A stretch of 64,000 nucleotides of DNA from Candidatus Altimarinota bacterium (GTDB lineage Bacteria; Patescibacteriota; Gracilibacteria; BD1-5; UBA2023). Location of the stretch: NCBI GenBank assembly GCA_043739785.1, contig JAYUDN010000001.1, positions 37,392-101,391 on the forward strand, in the 5' to 3' direction. Position 1 is the stretch's first letter. Every line of letters starts with the position of its first letter. Positions 33,207 to 43,275 of this stretch are shown here, one piece after another. The notes beneath the pieces were generated by a model that did not search any database, was not told the DNA's origin, and saw nothing but the letters and a program-made list of their open reading frames with translations. The position numbers were made by a program, and so were the translations under genes.

Positions 33207-34289
33207 CTACTCTCCTTCTTTCGTCGGATCCACTTCAGTTCCTTCGATGGTGGTGAGGGAGATGCGGTACCCGAGGAGGTCACCCGCGATGTTAATATTG
33301 GTCCCGCCTCGTCCAAGGACTTTCGCCTTTTCTTCATCCTTCACCGTTGCGCGGATGATATTATTCTCTTCATCGATTTCGATCTTTTCGACCGTTCCTG
33401 GGATGAGGGCTCGGCGAACCATTTCTTCTTGATTCGTCGTATAGTTGATGATATCGATCTTTTCCCCGAAGAGTTCATCGACGATATTGCGTACGCGCAT
33501 CCCCTTCGGTCCGATGAGACATCCAGCTGGGTCGACATCTTCCTCATCACTCGCGACGATGATCTTCGTCTTCACTCCCGGCATGCGGGCGATCGAGACA
33601 ATCTCGACGGTCCCTTCCTCGAGTTCTGGGGTATTCATCTCGAAGAGCTTCACGACGAGTTCCTTGTCTTTGCGAGAGAGGATGACGCGAGGTCCATTGA
33701 TTGGATCATTCTCTACCTTGCGTACATAGAGGTGCATACGCTGTCCAGGAGCGTATTTGTCTTTCGAGATCTGCTCACTCTTCGGGAGGATGACCTGGTT
33801 GCCATTGTATTCGAATACGACACGATTCTTCTCGACAAGCTCGACTCGGAGTGAGATAATCGTATCTTCCTTATCCTTGAAGAGGTGGTAGATTTTCTCT
33901 TTTTCAGTTTCTTGGATTTTCTGGACGATCACCTGTTTCGCGGCCTGCGCGGCGATACGACCGAATCCTTCCGAAGCGAGGACTTCGTCAGAGACGTCGA
34001 TTTCGACGGTATCTCCGATACTAAATCCGCTATCTTCACCGATATCTTCGAGGGATATTTCGACATCTGGATTTTCGACGGTTTCGACTACGGTTTTTTC
34101 GACCGATATTTCGAAGGTCCCAGCAGCAATATCCATATGGACACTGACATTGGCTTCTTTACTCGCGTAGTCTTTCTTATATGCGGTTTCGATCGCACGC
34201 TCGATGATGTCGAGGAGGCGTTCTTTCGGGATTTTCTTTTCAGCCGATATTTGGTTGATCGCGGCTTCGATCTTCTGGAGGTCAAACAT
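33207..34289 (-). CDS. nusA: Transcription termination/antitermination factor NusA
   Basis: N-terminal domain MFDLQKIEAAINQISAEKKIPKE, then S1 and two KH domains. The start is placed at Met59 of track ORF 33207..34463 because the upstream part is a translated repeat array. Confidence 0.85.
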   Translation of the reverse strand: MFDLQKIEAAINQISAEKKIPKERLLDIIERAIETAYKKDYASKEANVSVHMDIAAGTFEISVEKTVVETVENPDVEISLEDIGEDSGFSIGDTVEIDVSDEVLASEGFGRIAAQAAKQVIVQKIQETEKEKIYHLFKDKEDTIISLRVELVEKNRVVFEYNGNQVILPKSEQISKDKYAPGQRMHLYVRKVENDPINGPRVILSRKDKELVVKLFEMNTPELEEGTVEIVSIARMPGVKTKIIVASDEEDVDPAGCLIGPKGMRVRNIVDELFGEKIDIINYTTNQEEMVRRALIPGTVEKIEIDEENNIIRATVKDEEKAKVLGRGGTNINIAGDLLGYRISLTTIEGTEVDPTKEGE

Positions 34290-34560
34290 AGAGGGGGAGG
34301 GGTTAAGAATTAGCTGGTTAGCAGGTTTGTTGGGAGGTTGGGATGGGAGAAGGGTAGAGACGGTAGAAACGATCGAACGGTAGAGACGGGGGGCTGGTTT
34401 GCTGATTAGCTGGGAAGGAGAGAAGCTGGTTGGTGGGGAGAGGAGTTTCCATCCCCCTTCCAAGGGGGGCAGGGGGTAAAAAAAGAAGAGTAGAAAAGTA
34501 AAGAGAGAAACCTTATAGTACGGTCATTCCCGTGAAAACGGGAATCTAAATGAAACTTCA
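34290..34560. repeat. Intergenic mosaic repeat array B
   Basis: gctggt/ggtagag words, GC hairpin tccatcccccttccaaggggggcagggggt (34447..34480) and gtcattcccgtgaaaacgggaatc (34523..34546). Confidence 0.8.
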
Positions 34561-34657
34561 CGACGTTTCTGTTTTAAAAAAAGATTCGCCCGAGGGCCAA
34601 TCTTTTTACTATTCCTCCTGAGTATATCGATAGTTTATGAATTGTAAAATTTATTTT

Positions 34658-34685
34658 TTGACATTCATCATATTTTCTATAGAAT
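34658..34685 (+). promoter_or_regulatory. Sigma70-like promoter for rpmH-rnpA-yidC
   Basis: TTGACA (34658..34663), 16-nt spacer, TAGAAT (34680..34685), 25 nt upstream of the rpmH ATG. Confidence 0.5.
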
Positions 34686-34709
34686 TCGCGTACTTTTTAT
34701 GTACAACTT

Positions 34710-34952
34710 ATGATAGGAAAACTCAAGAAAAGAAAGCGACTCCGTGTTCATGGCTTTCTGAAGCGTATATCTACGGTGGATGGACAAAAGGTTCTCCGAT
34801 CTCGCCGCCGAAAGGGACGACATGTTCTCGCGGTCAGCTACCCAAACCGAGTGAAAAACATTCGAGGAAAGAGCCGACACCATATCGTAGCCGGAGGAAC
34901 AGCGCGGATTGTAACCTTCCCAGGTCTTACTGAGCGTTTTCGAGCTCGCTAG
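34710..34952 (+). CDS. rpmH: 50S ribosomal protein L34 with a C-terminal extension
   Basis: [37 protein letters not shown] core, followed by ~37 extra residues before TAG. Confidence 0.75.
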   Translation: MIGKLKKRKRLRVHGFLKRISTVDGQKVLRSRRRKGRHVLAVSYPNRVKNIRGKSRHHIVAGGTARIVTFPGLTERFRAR

Positions 34953-35032
34953 GCGTTGTATTCTGGACGTTTCATTAGTATCTATCTCGGCCTAGCAAGT
35001 CCATCCGATTTCCTAGGCCTTTTCTTTTCTCT

Positions 35033-35380
35033 ATGATCGCCTCACGATACCGACTATCCGAAAATGAAGTCAAAAAAGTACTCAAACAAAAGAAGCCATT
35101 TTTTTCACATACCTTCGTGGCCAATGTGATGAGAAATAACCTCGCAGTTTCGCGATTCGCTATCCTCCTCTCGGGGAAGCACGCGCCAGGAAGTGTGAAT
35201 CGAAACTACTGGAGGCGTCTCTACTATACTCGGTCAGAGCCCTATGTGGAGAGCCCAGGAGTCGATATCGTCCTCATTCCGAAGAAGTGAAAAATTTTTG
35301 ATAAAAATGACCAAACACATACAATAGAGGCCGTTCGAGATATCGATTACCTCCTCAGACAAATATTTCCAAGAAGATAG
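35033..35380 (+). CDS. rnpA: Ribonuclease P protein component
   Basis: Lies between rpmH and yidC. Basic 115-aa protein containing RLSENEVKKVLKQKKPFFS...FAILLSGK, with one in-frame TGA at 35288. Confidence 0.75.
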
Positions 35381-35485
35381 TATCCGATTTTGAAAGCAAA
35401 ATAGAGGAAGATACGTATTCCTTGTTTCCCGCATTATATTCCAAAGATACCTCAATACGCCAACCTCACCCTAAACCCCCTCCCC

Positions 35486-36685
35486 ATGGACTGGAATAAA
35501 TTTCTCAACATTCTCCTCTTTACGATCGCTTTTACCATCATCTTTCAGTGGGTCATGGGACCGAAAGCCAAGACCGATCTGGCGACGACCAATACGGTCT
35601 ACCTTCAGGTCAAGAAAAGTAGTACCGTCATCCCGAATATCCCGATTGTCGACATCGTCAATACGACGATGACCGGTACCATCATCGAAACCTGTCGAGA
35701 CGTGAAGATTTTCATCGACTCGAACCCACTCACGAACCTCGAGACCGAAGCACCAAAATTTTGTACTTCACTCACCGTGCCATCCGGTGGGCAGTCCCTT
35801 CTCCCGCTCGGTGCCCTGGCAAAAGCCTTCGCTGAGAGACCAGGAACCTATATCATCAGGCTTACGGTCGGAACTGAAGAAAAAATAGTGACGATCACTC
35901 ATTCATCTCCGAGTACGATACGATCACTCCTTTCCACGATCGTCTTCGAGCCGATCTACAATTTCTTCATCGCCCTCATCTCCTTCCTTCCGAGCCATAA
36001 CCTCGGGTGGGCGATTATCATTATCACCCTCATCATCCGCCTGATCCTTCTCTACCCACAGAACAAGATGCTCGTGAGTCAAAAGAAACTCCAAGTCATC
36101 CAGCCAAAGATCAAAGCGCTTCAAGAAAAACACAAGGGAGACCAGACCACCCTCGGGATGGAAATGATGGCGCTCTATAAGAAAGAGGGAGTGAATCCTA
36201 TGGGTTCTTGCCTTCCCCTTCTTATCCAGATGCCGATCCTGATCGGACTCTATTGGGTCGTCTCCGGGGTCAATGATCCAGCGAATTTCTACCACCTCTA
36301 CTCGTATTTCAAAGACTTCGATATTTCTACTGTCAATTCGCATTTCTACGGACTCAATCTAACTACAGTAGGTGGCTTGGTCGGGGGAATATTTGCCATA
36401 ATACTTGGTCTCATTCAATGGGTGCAGGCGAAACTATCGTTTACCTACAATCCTCCTGCGAAAAAAGAAAGCGCAAAGGTCATCGAAAAGACTGAAGATG
36501 GAGCCTACCAGGCCCCAGATCTCGCTATGGATCCCGCTATGATGCAGAAGATGATGCTTTATATGCTTCCCGTCATGATTGCGACTTCTTCCTTCTTTTT
36601 CCCACTCGGGGTCGGACTCTACTGGTTTATCGGGACACTTTTCGTCATCGCCCAACAGGCGTATGTGAACCATAAGGGGAAGTAG
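35486..36685 (+). CDS. yidC: Membrane protein insertase YidC
   Basis: 399 aa with LYPQNKMLVSQKKLQVIQPKIKALQEKHKGD...MALYKKEGVNPMGSCLPLLIQMPI. Confidence 0.9.
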   Translation: MDWNKFLNILLFTIAFTIIFQWVMGPKAKTDLATTNTVYLQVKKSSTVIPNIPIVDIVNTTMTGTIIETCRDVKIFIDSNPLTNLETEAPKFCTSLTVPSGGQSLLPLGALAKAFAERPGTYIIRLTVGTEEKIVTITHSSPSTIRSLLSTIVFEPIYNFFIALISFLPSHNLGWAIIIITLIIRLILLYPQNKMLVSQKKLQVIQPKIKALQEKHKGDQTTLGMEMMALYKKEGVNPMGSCLPLLIQMPILIGLYWVVSGVNDPANFYHLYSYFKDFDISTVNSHFYGLNLTTVGGLVGGIFAIILGLIQWVQAKLSFTYNPPAKKESAKVIEKTEDGAYQAPDLAMDPAMMQKMMLYMLPVMIATSSFFFPLGVGLYWFIGTLFVIAQQAYVNHKGK

Positions 36686-37480
36686 AAAGTTAGAATAGGA
36701 GGTAGCTGGTAAGCTGGGATGGGAGAAAAAGGGAGAAGAGTGGAAAAGGAGAAAGCTGATTCGCTGGTAAGAAAGTTGGAAAGGAAAAATAGTAGGATAA
36801 CTCGAGAGGAGGAATGGGTAAGATGATGCAAGGGTAAAAGAAAAAAAACGAGTTTTTGTCATTCCGACCGAAACGACCATAGGAAGTGAAGTGGAGGAAT
36901 CCCTTTTCACATTAAGAAGATAAAATCATACTGAAACCAAGGGATCCCTCGATTCCGGCTATCTCCTCCACTCGGGATGACAACGGTGAGAGAAGAGTAG
37001 AAGAGCGTAAAAGTAGAAGAGTAGAAGAGCGAATGGGGGTCTCTATCCCCCTTCCAAGGGGGACAAGGGGGTAGGGTATAAGGAAGTTTGGTGTCATTCC
37101 GACCGAAGTGACAGAGGGGAAAGCGCCACGAGAATTCCATTGTTACTTTGTCATTCCCGTGAAAACGGGAATCCAGCAAATAAGAAACTGGATCCCCGCA
37201 TGCGCGAGGATGACAACCAAAAGAAGTAGAAAAGAGGAAAGGGAGAGAACTTAGAAACGATGGGAAGGTGGATGAGAGTTTTTTGAATCCCCCTTCCAAG
37301 AGGGACTAAGGGGAGTAGGGTATAAGGAAGTAAAAAAGGAGAAGAGTAGAAAAGTAGAATTGGATAAAGTAAGAACAGCAAGAGCCAAACACGGGAAAAC
37401 CCGAGCACTCCAACTCTCGGAGAGATGATCACATTGAAAAGAGAGAAGAAAGTCATATAATACGCCACTCATACACATCT
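36686..37480. repeat. Intergenic mosaic repeat array C (about 0.8 kb, largest in the window)
   Basis: Modules: M3 36858..36903, M5 36941..36982, GC hairpins 37031..37086 and 37280..37330, M3 37093..37138, M1-M2 composite 37150..37215, plus gtagaag and gctggt word tracts. Confidence 0.85.
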
Positions 37481-37730
37481 ATACCCCTCGCTTCCCCTAC
37501 GAAATATCCACTCCCAGATTATAAAACAACCCAATACTTAACCGTCAATACCTCTTTATTTGCTATCGTGTTTTGATATATGGTATACTGACCGTGTATC
37601 TTCAATATCAAAACATATGTTCTCGTCCTCACTCGGTTTCAATAAAAGTTCTCTCCTTGTCGTCAGTACTCGTGAAGAACTCAATATTATTTTTACCGGA
37701 GCCCGCATCAAGTATAACTCCATTCGACAA

Positions 37731-38792
37731 ATGAAACGTTGGCACGCTCGCGCATCAATCCTGACATTCTTCGTTACCTTCTTCGGTTTTCTCCCTTCGA
37801 GCTCCTATGCTCTGACCGAGGAAGATCATACATTCGTAGTCACCGCGTACTATTCGCCTTTACCGAATCAATCTTTCTACCTGAAGGGAAGCTACGAAGC
37901 TGAAGTCAAACTCAATGGTAATGGAACCAATGGCGCCAGTGGGAAGGGCGTATTCGCTGGGATGCTTGCCGCTCCGAAGTCTTATAGCTTCGGGACGAAG
38001 ATCTACCTCGATGGGGTGGGGCTCGGATCCGTCGAAGATCGAGGAGGCGCGATCGTCGCAGCTGGAGAAAAATGACAACCCATGGATCGAATAGATATCT
38101 GGATGGGAGAAGGTGAAGCTGGCCTCAAGCGTGCCCTCCTCTGGGGACGTCGACAGGTTCAAGGGAAAATCCTGACGGATACCTCAGGATATGAGGGTAT
38201 CGACCTCGCCAAGTTCGATCGTGGAGAGATTGATTTCTCGAAGTTGCCCTCCGTTCGAAGCTCGAAGAGTATGGTCACTGAGGAACTCACTGATCTCGGC
38301 TATGATGAATACGGACCAAGCCTCGAGGATATGATCTTTGCCTTCCAGAAAGACTACCAGATCGTCAGTTCGAGAAGTGAAGCCGGAGCGGGAACCTATG
38401 GTCCGAAAACCCAAGCCAAACTCGCCGAAGTCTACACCACCTATCAGAATATACGAACCAAGGAAGCCGCCCTGATCGAAGCCTCTCGCAATGAACTCCT
38501 CTCCGCTCGAGAAGCCTGGAAGGTCGAGCAAAAGAGCGCTCAGACCTATATCGATACCTTCGGAACGCCGAAGCTCGGTGATCGTGGAGATCATGTACGT
38601 GGACTTCAGGTATTTCTGATCTCGCTCGGATACTTCAAAGGAAAAGATACTGGGGTTATGGGAGCCAATACTATCGCCGCTCTCAAGAAGTATCAGAAAG
38701 ATCGTGGCCTCGCGCTCAGTGGTCGTCTCGATATGGTGACGAAACTCGCCCTCGCAAGTGATATGATATTTATATCGGAGAAACGGGCATAA
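37731..38792 (+). CDS. Secreted 3D-domain (MltA/RlpA-like barrel) protein with peptidoglycan-binding repeats
   Basis: Signal/TM segment ILTFFVTFFGFLPSSSYA; VTAYYSP...G.GTNGASG...FGTKIYLDGVG.G.VEDRGGAI...(G)...DIWMG; two PG_binding_1-like repeats (GTYGPKTQAKL, GANTIAALKKYQ). 37560.. and 38082.. are in frame via TGA 38073. Confidence 0.65.
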
Positions 38793-38847
38793 ATATATTG
38801 ACTTATACAATGAATTTATATAATAGCAAGTAATCACCTTTCTTATT

Positions 38848-39201
38848 ATGAATAAATTGTTATCGAATTTTTTGCTTGCTTCGGTAGTAGGGGTTGCTGG
38901 TTGTCAGCCGAGAAATGAAAGTGTCGGAATTTCAGTACAAACAAAAGTAGATCTTACTATCCAGTGATTTCCTGAGGTGTATCCAGGTGTATTTTTTCGA
39001 TCATGAACTTCAGCATCTTCTTATCTCAAGAAAAATACTGAGCATTCCATAAATCCAGACTACGGTGACGGATATGTAAGAGCAAAATATTATAAGAATC
39101 TCACCATAGTTCAGGAAGGGAGTAGAATAACAATTACAAATGAAGAAGGGAATGTAATATTTACTTATACTATAGAAAAACCTCCATCTACTAAAATATA
39201 G
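38848..39201 (+). CDS. Lipoprotein (117 aa)
   Basis: Lipobox LLASVVGVAGC; two in-frame TGAs. Confidence 0.5.
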
Positions 39202-39249
39202 CCATATATTGCTTTTCGAAACCTGATTGTCCAATTCTGATACTCCATC

Positions 39250-40578
39250 ATGCCATCTCTTACTCTTTCTCACAATCCACATCATGACCTAGTATGACAT
39301 ATAGAACTATATGGCGGAAAGCTGGGTTCTCTCGAGTTTATAAAAAAACTGTATTTGGATCATCCTGAAGAGTTCGATGAAACTGGTATTAAAGTCTGAC
39401 CACAATATACTCCCACTATCATACCAGGCGGATGAAGTATGACGGAGGATGACTTTGCAGCTTTCATGAATAAACATCATCTTGCTGAATGGTCTGAGAT
39501 TATGGTTCGCGTAAGTGTTCCTGGAGACTATAGGAGTCTTGTAGACACAATGCCGACCAAATCACTCAATATCTCCCCGATAGAGTACTGGAAAGATTTG
39601 CCTGACGGTTCTCGTGATTTACTCTTCGAGCCAGAGTGAGCCACACGCATAGTGACTCCTTGCGACAAAGTCAATGAAGTGTGCCGGCAAATAAGAGGTC
39701 GTGTGGAGGAAATAAAATGAGATATTCTGCAGTATGCGAATCTTGCCGGAGTACCATTTAGTATGGATACACTTACGTATGGGGTAGTCCCTCGATTCTC
39801 AAAAGGTCATATCACTGTCACCGAACATCCGAATCTCGATCAAACCTATATCGAGGAACATTTTCAAGAACACTGATATAGGCCTAGTTGAGTGAGGATA
39901 TGAAAACCTGAGGACTATTTCAAGAGTCCACTAGCAAAAGTACAGAAATTCCTCCAGTTTCTCAGAAAAAAATGAGTTCTAGATAAAGAAATTGCATATA
40001 GTTTTGAATTATGAAAAAACGATTCAGATGAACTTATTTTGTTTCAGATTCGTGAACTCTGTCGAAAAGTCCCCACACCATCCCCGGCACTTACTCTCAG
40101 AGGATACAATAATGATTATATAGGAACGATTCTTACGACCATCCCATCTGGAGGATCAAAAATTTTTGAACTTTGCTCCAAATCCAATGATTCTATACAA
40201 ACACCTGTATGAGTCCCACTCTTTGGAGAATTTCGAGGAGGTAGTCTTTCAAGTTTGGATAGCATAACTCTTGATCCGAACAAGTCCGGAATTCTTACTG
40301 AAAGTAATCGAAATCCTACTATTGGTGGTCATGATGTCATGCGACAGGCTCAATATGCACTTCAGAGTCCTGGATGAGGCATTGTAGTACTCTGAGAATT
40401 CTCAGACTGATGCGGCTCATATATCTCTGACATCGAGCGTGATTGTAAGCCAACCCCATCATACGATGAAAATTTATCTCGCGATTACCAAGAATGAAGT
40501 GCAAAACTGGAAGTGATGCACTTTTCGGATTGATATATTGAAATCAAAAAACTGTCCTCATTTAATGGGGAGGACTAG
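39250..40578 (+). CDS. Hypothetical protein (442 aa)
   Basis: A continuous code-25 frame with about 20 in-frame TGAs. Only a 66-aa piece (39439..39639) is visible in the standard-code track. Confidence 0.4.
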
Positions 40579-40644
40579 CAGAGTAATTTTCAAGAACTAT
40601 TCATCTTGTGAGCCCGAAGTTTTATATTTGTACCGTTATTCCCT

Positions 40645-41493
40645 TTATAACCCCACTCGTCTCACCTCATCCTGGTCTCCTCTTTTTTTCCACTCGTGTT
40701 CGATCACCCCGATGAAGAGGGAATCCATATGGTGGAAGATGCGACCGATATATCCGGGTATACTTTCCTTCGCACTGTGGTAGAGCGCGAGGTACCCATA
40801 GACCTCTTCGTCATCCTGTATCGGGAAGATGAAGGTGCATCCAGCTCGTCCATCGAACTCACGGACGCACGTTCCCTCCTTTCCCTGGAATGGCTTCATA
40901 TTGATGAGTTCATTGATCGGGAGGTTGTTTTCTGAGCTGTACCTGATGGCGAAGACATTTTCGAGGATTTCATGACGCTCGATCCAGTAGACGGCTTCCA
41001 TCGAGAAGAGTTCCTTCATGCTCTGGAGGAGCGGGATGATGTTTTTCTGATCATGGTTCTCGATATACTCATCCATCGTGTAGAGGAGCATACGTTCGAT
41101 ATTGGCTTCCCCGATACGCTTATTCGATGAGAAGAGACAGATAGTCGTGAGATCTTTATAAAATGAGGCATTTTTTTTGGATGCGGCTTCTACATCTTCT
41201 CGTGTGAGTCTATAGGCAATCCCACCATCGATCGACTCGATGCGTACGGCCTTGTGGTCATGACCGATGAGGATACCCTCACCGATGATATCCGGAGCAG
41301 CAATATTTCCGATCTCATAGTTGTCTCCCTGGAGGAGGTGGGCCTTCACTGAATAGTTCCCACTCTCGAAGATATAGAGGTAGGGGTTGGTTTCGTAGTC
41401 GATGACGATATCCCCAGGAAAATACTGCACCGGTGGGAGGTGCTTCTGGCAGTAGGTTAGGATCTGATGGAGGGATTTTTCAGTATGGAACAT
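40645..41493 (-). CDS. Cyclic-nucleotide-binding domain protein with a C-terminal GAF-like domain
   Basis: 282 aa with no TGA. CAP_ED-like segment GDNYEIGNIAAPDIIGEGILIGHDHKAVRIESIDGGIAYRL. Confidence 0.5.
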   Translation of the reverse strand: MFHTEKSLHQILTYCQKHLPPVQYFPGDIVIDYETNPYLYIFESGNYSVKAHLLQGDNYEIGNIAAPDIIGEGILIGHDHKAVRIESIDGGIAYRLTREDVEAASKKNASFYKDLTTICLFSSNKRIGEANIERMLLYTMDEYIENHDQKNIIPLLQSMKELFSMEAVYWIERHEILENVFAIRYSSENNLPINELINMKPFQGKEGTCVREFDGRAGCTFIFPIQDDEEVYGYLALYHSAKESIPGYIGRIFHHMDSLFIGVIEHEWKKRGDQDEVRRVGL

Positions 41494-41501
41494 AGGTTGT
41501 C

Positions 41502-42557
41502 TTAGAGGTCGAGAAGTTCAGTACGATCTTTGTCTCGCATATAGCGGAGGGCATCAGATTTTTCGACGATTCATCGTCGGTAGATGTCGATGATCGCGTC
41601 ATCCATGAGCATCATCCCATCCTTTTTCGAGATTTCGATCATCGAGTACATATGCTGGGTTTCTCCGCGGATGATGAGATTGCGTATGGAGTCGTTATTG
41701 ATGAGTACTTCTCTCGCGGCAATCTGCCCCGTCCCATCCCGCTTCGGGAGGAGGGCCTGAGAAATAACGCCGATCATCGAGAGGCCAAGCTGGATGCGAA
41801 TCTGTCCTTTGGATTGCTCGGGAAATGACTGGATGATACGATCGATCGACTGTACGGTATCATTTGTATGGAGGGTCGAGAGGACGAGATGCCCTGTTTC
41901 TGCGAGGGTGATGGCGGCTTCCATGGTCTGGATATCTCGCATTTCTCCGACGACGATCACATCTGGATCTTCTCGGAGGATACTCCTGATCCCGCCGAGG
42001 AAAGTATCGAAGTGCTTCCCATACTCTCGCTGATGGATGAGACACTCCTTATTCTCATAGGTGAACTCGATCGGGTCTTCGAGCGTGATGATGTGTCGAG
42101 GACTATTCTGGTTGATGTACTCGATCATCGCGGCCATTGTGGTGGACTTTCCACTTCCAGTCGGTCCCGTGATGAGGATGATTCATTTCTCCTTATTCGT
42201 GAGGTCGAGGAGGTGTTGAGAGAGGCCGATGGACTCCGGACTCGGGATCGTACTCGGAACCATACGAAGGGAGATACACCATCCCCGAAGGACTCGAGAA
42301 ATATTGACTCGAAACCTCGCATCTTCGAAAGCATAAGCGGTATCCACTGATTTCACATCGGAGGGTATTTCTTTCGGGTAGATAAATCGGATAATATCCT
42401 CGATATCCTCGAGAGTTAGTTTCCCGAAAGCAGCAATCGGTTTCAGTTTCCCATCATGAATCCGGATATACGGGAATCCGGTCGTCGTGATGTGGAGGTC
42501 TGAAATATTTTTTTTGATGAGTTCTCCTACGAGGGATTCAAACTTTCCGAGTTCCAT
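41502..42557 (-). CDS. pilT: Type IV pilus retraction ATPase PilT-like
   Basis: (G)IILITGPTGSGKSTT, ITLEDPIEF, VGEMRD and STLHTN. 41571.. and 42183.. are in frame. The start is placed at MELGKFESLV. Confidence 0.8.
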
Positions 42558-42645
42558 AGATAAAAAAATTACTCTTTCAGGATACCATATATCTCCAGGG
42601 AATGCAAAAAATTGACTTTCCGAATCTGCGCAATACACTTTTTCC

Positions 42646-43275
42646 ATGAAATGTATCATCTGACTCGGAAATCCAGGGAAAAACTATCAACATACTCGAC
42701 ACAATGTCGGGTTTATGATGATAGACCAGATTGCTGAAAGGTATGGCGATGGAGTATGGAAGGATTCGAAGTTCCAGGGAGTGGTTTCGAGTTGAGAGTT
42801 TCCTGTTTTCAGTTGAAAAAAACTTTTATTGGATTCTACAGGTGAATGAATGGAAAGAGCTGTGAATGGACAACCAACAGCTCAAAACTCAAAACCCAAA
42901 ACCGAAAACTGTCTCCTCCTGAAGCCTCTTACCTTTATGAACCTCTCAGGGCAGTCGGTCGCGAGCCTGGTACACTTCTACAAACTGGATCCGAAGACCG
43001 ATATTCTCGTCATCGCTGATGATATCGATATGGCATTCGGAAAGGTTCGATACCGGGCAAAGGGGAGTTCCGGAGGGCAAAATGGACTCAAGTCCATCAT
43101 CGAACATCTCGGGACGGACGAATTCGCTCGGATCAAAGTCGGGATTGGTCGGGATGATCGCTTCGCCGTGAGTGACTGGGTTCTCTCGAAGTTCACGAGT
43201 GAAGAAATGAAAATACTCAAAGAAGTCGTATTTCTGGAGGTTCAGTCAAAAATAGATGAATGGATGGAGGGGTAA
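42646..43275 (+). CDS. pth: Peptidyl-tRNA hydrolase with an internal insertion of about 32 codons
   Basis: MKCII(G)[39 protein letters not shown] and VGIGR. The N-terminal part is only recovered by reading TGAs at 42661, 42793, 42814 and 42847. Confidence 0.85.
42784..42910 (+). repeat. Heptad-array-bounded segment inside pth
   Basis: Left: gtttcga|gttgaga|gtttcct|gttttca|gttgaaa (42784..42818). Right: ctcaaaa|ctcaaaa|cccaaaa|ccgaaaa (42881..42908). The two arrays are in inverted sense. Confidence 0.7.

Noticed and set aside
33189-33854. 221-aa plus-strand ORF, with companions 33885..34313, 38184..38837 (minus), 13606..14304 (plus) and 52289..52858 (minus)
   Set aside because: All are antisense to strongly supported genes (nusA, the 3D-domain protein, CorC, PBP2) and have no recognisable motifs.
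34290-34463. 58-residue N-terminal extension of nusA in the ORF track (MEGGWKLLSPPTSF...)
   Set aside because: It is a translation of repeat array B (gctggt/ggtagag words and a GC hairpin). The canonical NusA N-terminus begins at Met 34289.
36434-37478. ORFs across the repeat arrays (36434..36910, 36907..37299, 37151..37468; also 43544..43849, 44559..44887, 54882..55417, 57931..58234)
   Set aside because: Their peptides (PLVPLGRGI, LDSRFHGNDK, SFRPK...) are simply translated hairpin modules repeated at many loci in both orientations, so they are not credible proteins.
36686-37480. Possibility that the repeat arrays are CRISPR loci
   Set aside because: There is no constant 25-40 nt repeat alternating with unique spacers of similar size. 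The modules are heterogeneous, occur in both orientations and are dispersed, and no cas genes are present.
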